Below are positions 9,801 through 18,349 of a stretch of DNA of 64,000 nucleotides, piece by piece; the stretch's first letter is position 1; every line of letters begins with the position of its first letter. The translations under genes were made by a program, and so were the position numbers. Source of the stretch: Candidatus Poribacteria bacterium (GTDB lineage Bacteria > Poribacteria > WGA-4E > PCPOR2b); contig OZ242326.1 of assembly GCA_965208325.1 (NCBI GenBank), forward strand, positions 4,544,001 to 4,608,000. Reading direction: 5' to 3'. The notes under the pieces were generated by a model. It searched no databases and was not told the DNA's origin. It saw only the letters and a list, made by a program, of their open reading frames with translations.

Positions 9801-10605
9801 ACCAGACGAAAAGCAGACGCGTGATTAAGCGGATGACGTGCTGCTCCGTTTTCAGATTTCGTTTTTCGTTCTCCGGGAATCTTGATTCACAAACTGCCAA
9901 TTTAAACCAATTGAACAGCTTAAGGTAGAACTCCCTGTTAAGTGCTTCGGTGTCCAACGTAATTTTCCACGCCTCATGGAGTTCTTCAAAATTCGAGAAC
10001 TGGCGTGTACGGTGTAGTTCCGAAATCGAGAGATCGAACAAGATGTTGATGTGGGCGCGGTGGGGTTTAGCGAAATCAATATCTTTAATGAGCGTCACTT
10101 TTTCAAGGACATCTTTGGATACGTTGCGCTTGTGCAACCGTCGGTCGATTACGGCGAGGGTGAGCGTTTCGCCGTACTGGAATAGGACCATTGCGGGTAT
10201 CATGAGCAGTCTGTTGATTTCGCGCACGATGTCCGATAGTTGGGTGCGGGTGTAGCCGCGATTTTGTAGTTTTAGGGCGAAAAAGAGGTAGGATTCATAG
10301 CGATTTTGGTCGAAAGCGTTGCGTTCGAATCCCAACGTGGTTTGAGCGCTCTGGACGATTTCCTCCTCCGTCAGTTGGAAGAGGAGGTCTATGGATTCCC
10401 ATTCATTCAACAACCCCCGCTCCCGGTTCAACGTGTTATGTGAATCGAAGTGATTAATGAATCCGTCGGCGGTGTTGGGTTCAAGGTCAATCCGTCGTTC
10501 GCTGTGATAACCGAGGACGGTGAGAAGGTTTCGGGCGTTGTCGTCGAGGTTACCGTCGGCGAAGTGTTGTAGGGCTGTTTTGATGTTTTCTTTGGATGTG
10601 GTCAT
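6886..10605 (-). CDS. Type IIG/Eco57I-like N6-adenine DNA methyltransferase with TaqI-like C-terminal TRD
   Basis: LGKVFE, GSYYTP, motif I ILDPAVGSGAF, GVDI, motif IV IGNPPY (gamma-class order); C-terminal TRD (KPLLRGRDVKRW, KIVYPDI, LLGLLNS). Confidence 0.92.
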   Translation of the reverse strand: MTTSKENIKTALQHFADGNLDDNARNLLTVLGYHSERRIDLEPNTADGFINHFDSHNTLNRERGLLNEWESIDLLFQLTEEEIVQSAQTTLGFERNAFDQNRYESYLFFALKLQNRGYTRTQLSDIVREINRLLMIPAMVLFQYGETLTLAVIDRRLHKRNVSKDVLEKVTLIKDIDFAKPHRAHINILFDLSISELHRTRQFSNFEELHEAWKITLDTEALNREFYLKLFNWFKLAVCESRFPENEKRNLKTEQHVIRLITRLLFVWFIKEKGLVAEELFDEREVTLLLKDYNRDNGDSYYRAVLQNLFFATLNTEIDERRFSKGKPDHRNFSVYRYKDQMNDPDSLEALFGKTPFINGGLFDCLDDFKGMRAGGSRIDCFSDEHFRKLSLPNRLFFGDDGLISLLTHYKFTVEESTPIEQEVALDPELLGKVFENLLAAYNPETGETKRKQTGSYYTPRPIVDYMVEEALIATLGEQVSPTDDDVKLWNERLHYLLDYAQVCDDASEWFDDDEINGLVRAISNLKILDPAVGSGAFPMGVLHKLTLALRRLDPDNTLWEQLQRDRAGRRAQAAFKISNQQARDDELKEISDTFERYRDSDFGRKLYLIQNSIFGVDIQPEACQIAKLRFFVSLAIEQVVDETVANFGIKPLPNLETRFVAANTLIGLQLAETRLLLQEDAVRQLIKEIEGIREKYYLTNNRRQKLHLEELEDESRERLQEELDSRRASWMERQKREIDRKVAQLPKTEHRQQLLKEERKKYKARKNQFDSSFQDASKIASWKPYDQNKEADWFDPEWMFGIAEGFDVVIGNPPYVRQEKIKDLKPTLKTQYDCYTGTADLYVYFYERGFQLLPDNGVLTYISSNKYFRAAYGKKLRDFLACKSTVSQLIDFGDAPVFTSIAYPSIITASKPHAQGNHLRALNWEPGSSIDEFGTVFRTRGFTMPQNALTADGWRLTTPIMLDLLKKLRNTGKPLGEYVKGRFYRGVLTGLNEAFVVDLATRNQLIADHPSSAEVLKPLLRGRDVKRWGVNFAEQYLIKIESSENRTHPWSEESAVEAEAIFADTYPAIHARLQTFRDRLIERYDQGKYFWELRACAYWKEFEKTKIVYPDIAQGAEFAFDDDCYFLGNTLYLLPTKEMWLLGLLNSKTVFWFYTKTSTQIRGGFVRFIAQYVSQIPIPSIKPAQKASITNIVNQILAAKRADPDADVSELENEIDQIVYSLYDLSDEEIAVVEKNTV

Positions 10606-10639
10606 TTTTTAGGTTCTCTGTAGGGAATTCATGAGTCAA

Positions 10640-11115
10640 AGGGCAGGCACAAGACCTGCTCCTACATTTTCACTTGGTCAATTTCTGCGGGGGCAACGCT
10701 TTTGTTTGTCTTGCTGATGTCGGGAATCGGAATTCCCTCCTACAGGGAGCATTTTGTAGGAGCGATTTCCGAATCGCGACCGGGCATGTTATATTCATTT
10801 AGGTTCATATTTACACAAGAGGATTGACTGATTGATAATCGAGGCTAGGAAGTCTCTCCCACAAACCAATGAGCAAATGTATGATTTTTCCCGTTCAGGA
10901 GAAACTGCGTGTTTATGAACCTCCACCTCCTTGGTAAGGAGGGGAATGATACGTTTTTTCGGTTCTCATTCAACCGTTCGGCTGTGCGTGTCTTGATAAT
11001 CCTCCCCTTTACTAAGGGGGAGCTAGAGGGGGTTGGTTGCGTATGGTCGGGAATTGGGAAGACTATCGCCTTCGCTATTCGCTCAGTTGATCCCTCCTTG
11101 CTAAGGAGGGGAATA
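10640..11115. repeat. Cluster of GTAG-type REP-like palindromes and CCTCCTT-NNTAAGGAGGGG hairpin repeats
   Basis: GGGCAGGCACAAGACCTGCTCCTACA (10641-10666); GGGAATCGGAATTCCCTCCTACA; TGTAGGAGCGATTTCCGAATCGCGAC; CCTCCTTGGTAAGGAGGGG; CCTCCTTGCTAAGGAGGGG; CCCCTTTACTAAGGGGG. Confidence 0.8.
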
Positions 11116-11192
11116 AGGCTTGTGTTCAGTTCTTATTCAACCTCCCATTTTGTTAGGAGTAGAATGGAATTGAGGTTAATTCGGTTGCATAA

Positions 11193-12473
11193 TCACCTCG
11201 TGTCGAGATGGGTGGTGTACCAGAGGCTGCCTGTTGGAATCCCTTCTGAAGAATGGTTGCTTACGGCGGGATGGTCGCTGGCGCGACGGATTGTGGAGTA
11301 GCCGTCCTCGCCCTTGTCTAGGATCCAGACCTCGTTCGGCTCCAACAGATCGACAAAATACGGCTGGTGCGTCGTGATGAAGACTTGCGATCCGCCTCTG
11401 CGCCCGGTGACGTATTCACGGAACTGTTTGGCGAGCGACTCCAAGAGTTTGTGGTACAAACCGTTTTCGGGTTCTTCGATACAGAGGAACGGGGGCGGCG
11501 CCGGGTCTTTTAGCAGCAGCAGGTATGCGAATAGTTTTAGTGTTCCGTCGGACATCTGCTGGGCGTAAAACGGCGCGCGAAAGCCTTTGTCGTTGAACCT
11601 GAGGAGCAGACGCCCGTCACTGGTTCTTTCCGTGTCGATCTGATCTACGCCCGGGATCTTGTCGGCGATCTCTTTGAGAATCGCGCCGAATCGGCGCGGA
11701 TGTTCGCGTTCCATGAATTGGACGACGTTGCCGAGGTTATCGCCGTGGATGTTGAGATGCTGCTGGGGACCGGCGCGCGGCAGGCTGCGCGCCGCGTCCG
11801 GCGTGAAGTAGCTGAGATACCAGCCTTCAATGAATTGCCGGAAAGCCGAGATTCGCGGGTGTTGTTTCAGGGCGCCGAGCGTGGCGATGCCGAGTTTGCT
11901 CCGATCTTCCAATTCGATGATTTCGGTCTGGCTGGATTCGTCCGCAATAATCAGCTTGATGAGTTCCGGGAAATCGAGTTGCTCCATCTTTTCGTCAATC
12001 TGATGACCCGCCTGTTTGCCCTTCCACGCCACGCCTTTGCCGCCGTTCAGGAACAAGAACGAGAATGGGCGGCCGTATTTCTGGCCTTTGCGCCTCTGTC
12101 TGAGGCGCTCTTTCAAGACAAACGGGCGTCCGGTCTCCTCTACGGCGATGGCGATTTCGTAAGTCATGGGCCGGGCGTTTCCGTGCTCTCTATAGTACAC
12201 CTCAAACTCGATGGGATCGGACTCGCCTTGTGTACGGATTTGCTCGAACCCGCCGCGTCCGCGCGTACCGCACGCCTCCTCAACGCCGGTCTTTAGGGCG
12301 TCAGCGAGGAAACCGAACGCATCGAAAAGCGCGCTTTTGCCGACGCCGTTCTTGCCGATGACTGCGGTCATGAGCGTGAGCGGTTGTATTTCCCGTTGGT
12401 TCCAAAGGCGCCCCAATGTCACATCTTTGAGTACCTTGAAGTTTTTTACTCTGAAGCCTTCGATTTTTGCCAT
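11193..12473 (-). CDS. AAA_21/AbiEii-like ABC-type ATPase
   Basis: Walker A GKNGVGKS, signature MSDGT, Walker B LCIEEPENGL, H-loop ITTH. Confidence 0.85.
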   Translation of the reverse strand: MAKIEGFRVKNFKVLKDVTLGRLWNQREIQPLTLMTAVIGKNGVGKSALFDAFGFLADALKTGVEEACGTRGRGGFEQIRTQGESDPIEFEVYYREHGNARPMTYEIAIAVEETGRPFVLKERLRQRRKGQKYGRPFSFLFLNGGKGVAWKGKQAGHQIDEKMEQLDFPELIKLIIADESSQTEIIELEDRSKLGIATLGALKQHPRISAFRQFIEGWYLSYFTPDAARSLPRAGPQQHLNIHGDNLGNVVQFMEREHPRRFGAILKEIADKIPGVDQIDTERTSDGRLLLRFNDKGFRAPFYAQQMSDGTLKLFAYLLLLKDPAPPPFLCIEEPENGLYHKLLESLAKQFREYVTGRRGGSQVFITTHQPYFVDLLEPNEVWILDKGEDGYSTIRRASDHPAVSNHSSEGIPTGSLWYTTHLDTR

Positions 12474-12520
12474 GATACTGTGTTGGTTGGCAGAACGCGA
12501 TCGGTTCCGCGGCTACAAAA

Positions 12521-13522
12521 CTACGCTGATGCCATCCGCGCCATTATCTTATCTGCTAATTCTTTGAAATCACGACGGGCGGCATTTGCCGCAACGGCAT
12601 GGCTTCCGATAGCTCCGTCAGCGGGAGTGAGGTGAAAGATGGGCTTTCGCGCTTCCTGCGCCATTGGCACCAAGCTCCGGTAGTGCTTAACAGTGGCGAG
12701 GGCATTTGCTTTATCCTGTTCCGGCGTCTGAGGGTAAGGTCCGTCGTTGTCATCGAGCAGATTTCGTGCATATTCCTCCGGCATGCGGTTGACCCATTTG
12801 TCATACGCCTTAACAGGCCGCCCCAAGCGGACGCTGTGCTGCTGTACCACATAGCCAATTGGTTGAATTAATCCGCTAGGTATAGGTAGGTCAGAGATAG
12901 GGTTGCGGTCGTATCTATCCAACCACCCATTGCGCCAATCGTGCAGCGTTGGACCGAGGTTCCGCAACCCTTGAAGCGAGAATAGATCTGCTCCAAGTGG
13001 AACGATAACGTAATCTGTCGCCACTAGCACTGCCCTATTCAAAGCGCCTAAATTAGGGCCGACATCTACTAAAACAATCTCGACCTGATTACTTTCCGCC
13101 GCGTTTTGCAAAATGCGCCATAGCGCCGAAATTACCCGGAAAGCACGAGGGCGCCTATCAAGGCACTCTGGCCATTGGCTGGAAAGTTCATCTTCTGTGG
13201 CTGATAAAGCGAGGTCCCCCACGATGAGACTCAATTGCGGCGTAAAAATCTCCAGATGAGGATTTTCAATGTCGCCAGTTCCGTCTAAAAGCGGTTCAAG
13301 TGCACTATAGATGGATTTTCGGGGCCCATTGTCGGGCCAGAGTATTTCTAGTTGGTCTTCATTGATAAACATGCTCGTTAGGTTTGCCTGCGGGTCGAGA
13401 TCACAGGCAAGGACGCGGTGACCGATGTCGGAAAGCATCCACGCTAGATGATAAACTAACGACGTTTTGCCAACACCGCCTTTGTTGTTAAAGAATGTTA
13501 AAACTGGAACCGGCATTGTCAT
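12521..13522 (-). CDS. ParA/Soj-family ATPase (AAA_31)
   Basis: Deviant Walker A NNKGGVGKTS, DLDPQANLT, VLVDVGPNLG. Start overlaps the upstream stop (ATGA). Confidence 0.9.
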   Translation of the reverse strand: MTMPVPVLTFFNNKGGVGKTSLVYHLAWMLSDIGHRVLACDLDPQANLTSMFINEDQLEILWPDNGPRKSIYSALEPLLDGTGDIENPHLEIFTPQLSLIVGDLALSATEDELSSQWPECLDRRPRAFRVISALWRILQNAAESNQVEIVLVDVGPNLGALNRAVLVATDYVIVPLGADLFSLQGLRNLGPTLHDWRNGWLDRYDRNPISDLPIPSGLIQPIGYVVQQHSVRLGRPVKAYDKWVNRMPEEYARNLLDDNDGPYPQTPEQDKANALATVKHYRSLVPMAQEARKPIFHLTPADGAIGSHAVAANAARRDFKELADKIMARMASA

Positions 13523-14742
13523 GTCCTCACAGGATTTCTGGCGATTTTAATTGTAGTTAGCACGTAACTGCCATTTACCTTAAATTCGGGTTCCGGGTGT
13601 CCGGCTGCTTTGAGCGACATTCTAGCAATCGGTATTCCCATGCCGTACCGCTGCACAAAACCGAGGTTTTTCATGGCTTCCGCTAAATTGGGGTTACGAT
13701 AGTCGGTAAGACCGGGGTGACCGAAATTCTCGGTGGTCACAGCCCCGAAGGCGCCGCCAGGGCTCAACACCTCAATGCGGTCATTGAACCACGACACACG
13801 AATCGGCGCATTGGTTGCTTCGTAGCTCCTATGCATCACCGCATTCCGAGTAATCTGTTGCACCGCCATCATGGGATAAAGCGATGTTCGTTGTTCGACG
13901 TTACTCGTCGTAATATCGACAGCGATGCGGTTGTGCGCGTTTAGTTTATCGTCGAGACGGCGAAGAAGGTCCGGAATTGCGCCGCGAATCTCCTCACTGT
14001 CAACTATATCGTCGGTTAGCTCGCCGCCATCAATTTTGAGGAACTGGACGTAAGCGCCGGGAAGAAAATCTTGTGTATTCTTACCAAGCACCAGGATTCC
14101 GAGCACTGTTGCGATTCGTCCATCGCCTGGAGCGATCATTTTAGTTGCAGCCAATCGTTCCTCAGGAGTGCGTTCATTGGCTTCCAATATTTCCGTAGGG
14201 ACAACCTGCGGCAGATATTCATTCTCGAACTGCGCAAGGTTTAGGTCAGAGATGCCGGCTGTGGGGATAGGATTTATGTCGAAGGGGATATCTCCATATC
14301 GCCGCTTTTCGTTGAGAATGCTTTCCTCCTGCGCTGTCGCGATGCCGCGGCGCGGACCAATACGGATATGGATAACACCCTTGTACCGAACCGGCGGCGA
14401 GTTAGATGGTTGCACCGTGACCAATGCAATTTGCCTTCCGCCCAGCACACACTTTTCAACGGTTAGTGAAGGCGGCGGTACGATATTCCCGTCGGTTTTC
14501 ATATCAGCCAATTGGCGGAGCAATTCGTTCGTGACAGTTAACCCCGCGATAGATTTGTCGTTCCGTACCCCGACGAAAACAAAGCCTGGTTTTTCGCGGC
14601 GCGGCAAATCGTTGGCAAATGCACAGATGGCTTCCCTGATTTCTTTCGGGGCACTGCCGGATAGTGCCTCTTTGAACTCAACTCGGTCGGCTTCATCGTC
14701 TTCTATAATTTGCAGCAGTTCCTTATCTGTAAGATTCGGCAT
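13519..14742 (-). CDS. Schlafen/AlbA_2 domain + RecG-C-like HATPase_c_4 domain protein
   Basis: N-terminal EADRVEFKE and ICAFAN..G..FVGV (AlbA_2); C-terminal NAVMHRSY, DRIEVLSPG, RNPNLA, G.V.RYG.GI. Start at ATG 14742 preferred over GTG 14754. Confidence 0.85.
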   Translation of the reverse strand: MPNLTDKELLQIIEDDEADRVEFKEALSGSAPKEIREAICAFANDLPRREKPGFVFVGVRNDKSIAGLTVTNELLRQLADMKTDGNIVPPPSLTVEKCVLGGRQIALVTVQPSNSPPVRYKGVIHIRIGPRRGIATAQEESILNEKRRYGDIPFDINPIPTAGISDLNLAQFENEYLPQVVPTEILEANERTPEERLAATKMIAPGDGRIATVLGILVLGKNTQDFLPGAYVQFLKIDGGELTDDIVDSEEIRGAIPDLLRRLDDKLNAHNRIAVDITTSNVEQRTSLYPMMAVQQITRNAVMHRSYEATNAPIRVSWFNDRIEVLSPGGAFGAVTTENFGHPGLTDYRNPNLAEAMKNLGFVQRYGMGIPIARMSLKAAGHPEPEFKVNGSYVLTTIKIARNPVRT

Positions 14743-14882
14743 ATCAATTCCCACTCATTCTAAATCAAGGTTACCGACTGTGCTTTCCACTACAACCCGG
14801 TATGTGATGCCATGAATATTTTCCTATTGATGACTTTTTTGGTTGATTATGCTCGAATTGACCGTTGAATCTTGGAAATTCG

Positions 14883-15242
14883 TCAAGTTCTTTCTTCCCG
14901 CCCCAAGAGTGTTTCGACTCTCTGCAGAACTGCGTCTACCGTCTTTGCGGGCAAAGGACAAATCAACTCGGCGTTGCGCGCCCGCCAATCCGCGCTCTTG
15001 ACCTGATCCGCCAGTATAACGCCCGACACATCCAGCCCCGCGGGGATGGCGACCTCAAAGGGATAACCTTTTTCACGATTGGTTATTGGACACAGAATCG
15101 CCAAGCTGACCTTGCCGTTATAAGCCTTCGGTGAAAGCACAACGGCGGGACGGCGTCCGCTCGGCTCGCTGCCGGCGCGGGGATTTGGGTCAAGCCATAC
15201 TGCATCGCCGCGCTGTGGGACGTACTCGAATCGGGCTACCAT
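14883..15242 (-). CDS. mazF: MazF/PemK endoribonuclease toxin
   Basis: YVPQRGD, P.AGSE..GRRPAVVLSP, CPIT, GYPFEV, ILADQVKS.DW.AR. Confidence 0.95.
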   Translation of the reverse strand: MVARFEYVPQRGDAVWLDPNPRAGSEPSGRRPAVVLSPKAYNGKVSLAILCPITNREKGYPFEVAIPAGLDVSGVILADQVKSADWRARNAELICPLPAKTVDAVLQRVETLLGREERT

Positions 15243-15478
15243 GTTTCGCTGCCTACCGTGCCGACAGTGTCTACTTCACCGTGCAGGTTGTGGTCCGTTA
15301 CCTGTGCCAAAAGGTCATCTAGCGCAAGACTGGCGGGTCTCACCGGAACGATGACCAGATTTGTCCCGCTAAGCGATAAGTCTACGGTTGAGTTGGGTTC
15401 GAGTCCAATTTGGTTTGCCAGCGGCTTGGGAATCCGCAGTGCAAGGCTATTGCCCCATTTCTGTACACGGGTTTCCAT
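15236..15478 (-). CDS. mazE: MazE/AbrB antitoxin
   Basis: QKWGNSLALRIP; C-terminal NLHGEVD...VGSETW; overlaps the mazF start; AGGAG RBS. Confidence 0.95.
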   Translation of the reverse strand: METRVQKWGNSLALRIPKPLANQIGLEPNSTVDLSLSGTNLVIVPVRPASLALDDLLAQVTDHNLHGEVDTVGTVGSETW

Positions 15479-15509
15479 TTTATTTCTCCTCTGTGGCGTA
15501 GATACAATG

Positions 15510-15538
15510 AGTATACATCATGAATTTGACAATGTCAA
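15510..15538 (-). promoter_or_regulatory. Sigma70-type promoter of mazEF with overlapping palindrome
   Basis: TTGACA-17 bp-TATACT on the minus strand; TTGACATTGTCAA palindrome over the -35 box. Confidence 0.75.
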
Positions 15539-15649
15539 GTCCGAATTAGGGCGCGGTGAGCGGACCGGGAGGTGCGTCAACGTCCCGATAGTCGGGGCTG
15601 GGAAGTCCCTCCTACAGGTATTGTCGAGATGTTGGGAATAGGTCTTTGT

Positions 15650-16111
15650 TCAAACGGTTTTAGAGGGGAGGGCGAGCAGTTCGCGCAGTTTTTCGGAGCG
15701 GTAGGCAAAGATTTTCGCTATGTCCGGGGCGACGAAGAGTTTTTGGATGAGCCATCCGCCGTAGACTGCGTATTCGACCTCATCTCTTACCAGTGTGCCG
15801 TCCGGGTTTGGGACGAAGGAGTGCTTGTGAATCCAGCGGCGGTAGGGGCCCCGGCGTTGCTCATCGACGAAGGAGTGCGGCGGATCCCACGCGGTAATCT
15901 CGCTTTGCCAACGGATGGGTACACCGCGAAGCTTCAGGCGGTAGTCGAGTAGCGTTCCGACCTTCATGTCAATGGGCGGGGGTGTCAATACGTTAAAATG
16001 CAGCCACGGGGGCGTGATTTTTGCAAGGTTGTGCGCATCTGAAAAGAAGCTGAATAGTTCGTCCTGCGGTTTGTCGATTTTCTGTTCGGTTTTTAGGTGG
16101 TAGGTTTTCAT
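15650..16111 (-). CDS. SRPBCC (START-like) ligand-binding protein
   Basis: F.FFSDA.NL.KITPPWL.F, FVDEQ.RGPYR.W.H.H.F, IFAYR motifs. Confidence 0.9.
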   Translation of the reverse strand: MKTYHLKTEQKIDKPQDELFSFFSDAHNLAKITPPWLHFNVLTPPPIDMKVGTLLDYRLKLRGVPIRWQSEITAWDPPHSFVDEQRRGPYRRWIHKHSFVPNPDGTLVRDEVEYAVYGGWLIQKLFVAPDIAKIFAYRSEKLRELLALPSKTV

Positions 16112-16174
16112 TGATTTTGAGTTTGGCGCGCGACGCGGAGTTTTGGGAATTCTTTTGAATGGGATTAGTACACT

Positions 16175-17197
16175 TCAGGCAGTGGTAATGCCCGCCGAGC
16201 GTAGGGATTTGAGAAGTTTGGAGACGGGTCTGTTTTTCTTTTTGATTGCGAGGGCTGCCTCGCACGCCGCGATTGCGCGTAGTCCCATGGCGTTATCCTG
16301 TGTGGTACGAAATGCGGAGGCGCAGATTTTTGCCGCGGCGGTGTGATACTCCACGGGATCGATACCGTCTGGGTACTCGCTGGACCGGGTCTGGGGAGAT
16401 TCGCCGAGGTGATTGGCGATACGGTCTAACACGGCTAACCCCGCCTCCCACGCTTCAGATTTCGCTTCGCAGACGACCCTTCGGTAAAGCGGCTTTAGGG
16501 CGGCGTTGTCCAACCAGTATGCCTGTTCGCAGCATTCTGCCGCTTCGCCGTAGACCTCATTGTCCTGGTGCAACTTCGCCAATTCGCTATAAAACACATG
16601 TAGTCCGCTACGCGTAATGGTGTACCTATTATGCGCCGTGTTCGCAAGCCCATCCCTGTCCTCCAGGAATTCTATGGCGGAGTTTTTGTCATCTTCGGTA
16701 ATGATGATGTCGGTCAATAAGTGCATGGCAACAGCGGCGTTTGGGTAGATTTTTGTGCGGCTATTCAGCAAGGGATAAGCGTGCGCCGGTTTGTCCATCT
16801 GGAGCAGTTTTAGTCCTGTAGCGATTCGGAATAGCGAGACAATCTGGTCACTGTTTTTTCGTTCCCGCTCCGCAATCATCACGTCCTGATTTTCCGCGAT
16901 GCGGCGATTGAGATTGTGGTATTCCGTCCGGATTTTCGCATCTGCGGGATTCAACTGAAGTGCACGTCCGAGAAACCGCTGGGCGGCAAACACTTCGTTC
17001 CAAGTTTCGTAGATTTTAGCAAGATGGAAGTTGGCTTGGGCGCGGATATCGGGTACAGCCTCGACGGACAAAATTGTCTCCCACAACTGGATGGCTTTCG
17101 GGATGCCGCCCTGTTTTTCCAAGGATAGGGCGTATTCAACATGTTTGTTTATGTCCGATTGAACCTGATTTTGGGTGGGTAAAGCGTAATTTTGCAT
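16175..17197 (-). CDS. Hypothetical TPR-like helical protein
   Basis: 340-aa ORF with TPR-like segments (AQANFHLAKIY...RALQLNP). Confidence 0.7.
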   Translation of the reverse strand: MQNYALPTQNQVQSDINKHVEYALSLEKQGGIPKAIQLWETILSVEAVPDIRAQANFHLAKIYETWNEVFAAQRFLGRALQLNPADAKIRTEYHNLNRRIAENQDVMIAERERKNSDQIVSLFRIATGLKLLQMDKPAHAYPLLNSRTKIYPNAAVAMHLLTDIIITEDDKNSAIEFLEDRDGLANTAHNRYTITRSGLHVFYSELAKLHQDNEVYGEAAECCEQAYWLDNAALKPLYRRVVCEAKSEAWEAGLAVLDRIANHLGESPQTRSSEYPDGIDPVEYHTAAAKICASAFRTTQDNAMGLRAIAACEAALAIKKKNRPVSKLLKSLRSAGITTA

Positions 17198-17286
17198 GGG
17201 GGTGAGGGGGTGATTAAATTATGTTTTGATTAATAATAGACATCTTTCCTAATTAACTCAATGTGGTTGACAAAACCGAAGCGTTA

Positions 17287-17754
17287 AGGGCAACCACAAG
17301 GGTTGCCCCTACAGCGTACTAGCCCAATTTGACGGTAGTCGTTTTTACCTGCCGCCCCGCTGGGGCTAGATGTTGATGTGTAACAATGATTTCTATATAC
17401 CTGTCGCCCCTCTGGGGCTATCGGGCGGTGGAATCATTTTGGAATGATGTCTAATGGCTTTTGCAAGCAAGAACTCCGCGTGTAAATCCGATTAAAAAAG
17501 GGTGTGAAACACCAAGGCTAGAGAAGACTATCGCCCTCGCAGTTCGCTCAATTGATCGTTGGATTGGCTCCACGTAAATTGCTAGCCGCGTCGTACAGAA
17601 ATCAGAACGAATCTAGACTCAGGACAGCTCATGGTATTACCCGCTTAACCTAACCTACAAGAACTAAACAAGTGAAGACTATCGCCTTCGCTATTCGCTC
17701 AGTTGATCCCTCCCTATTCAGTCGGTTGATCCTTCGCTATTCGCTCAGTTGATC
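17287..17754. repeat. REP-rich intergenic region
   Basis: GGGCAACCACAAGGGTTGCCCCTACA; two GCCCC(G/T)CTGGGGCT hairpins; three copies of the CTTCGCTATTCGCTCAGTTGATC motif; 17557-17754 is directly repeated at 18247-18419. Confidence 0.85.
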
Positions 17755-17815
17755 GGTCTGCCCTACCTACAGGGTACAAATCGGTCGGTCAATCTCTCTA
17801 CCATACCCGGAGTGA

Positions 17816-18025
17816 TTACGGGCTTCGGAATCCCTTTATTATCCATAGAACTGCTCTGAAGACGATGTGCCCGACGACGAATGTAACGGCAAAGCATACA
17901 GTTGCCACCCAGATGCCTTCGCTGAACTCTTCAAGAACAGTAAAAAAAGCCAAAATCAGAAGACCAAGGATAATAGAGAAAAACAACCAAAGGCGGTTGA
18001 ATCCCTTCTTCCAATTTACTGCCAA
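17816..18025 (-). CDS. Small two-TM membrane protein
   Basis: 69 aa, two hydrophobic helices, AAGGAGG RBS before a TTG start. Confidence 0.7.
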   Translation of the reverse strand: MAVNWKKGFNRLWLFFSIILGLLILAFFTVLEEFSEGIWVATVCFAVTFVVGHIVFRAVLWIIKGFRSP

Positions 18026-18087
18026 TTGAACGCCTCCTTTTATCGGGGAAGTGTCACCGACGACTCTGTGTTTATTCTAAGCTAGTG

Positions 18088-18349
18088 TGTAGGTTCGGTT
18101 GAGCGGTGTTAACGAGACAACGCCTGTATGCCGCGTGCATGTACGTGTTTTGATTACCCTCAACATGTCGGCTGATGAAGCGTAACCCAACGTTTTTTGT
18201 CGAATGCGAAGTGTATAGTTGAGCAGTGGTTTAAGAATTCGAAAAGCGTTGGGTTCGCTCCATGTGATTTGCTAGCCGCGTCGTATAGAAATCGGAACGA
18301 ATTTCGATTCAGGACAGCTCTTTGTATTACCCGCTTAACCCAACCTACA
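18088..18349. mobile_element. REP-doublet/MITE-like non-autonomous element
   Basis: Terminal inverted repeats TGTAGGTTCGGTTGAGCGG / CCGCTTAACCCAACCTACA (17/19) and an inner inverted pair AACCCAACG / CGTTGGGTT; no transposase. Confidence 0.65.

Noticed and set aside
12521..13522. Plasmid or chromosome partition locus
   Set aside because: No ParB, parS or rep gene nearby; the context is a defence island.
15390..15410. tRNA T-loop-like GGTTCGAGTCC
   Set aside because: Lies inside mazE and no cloverleaf can be formed.
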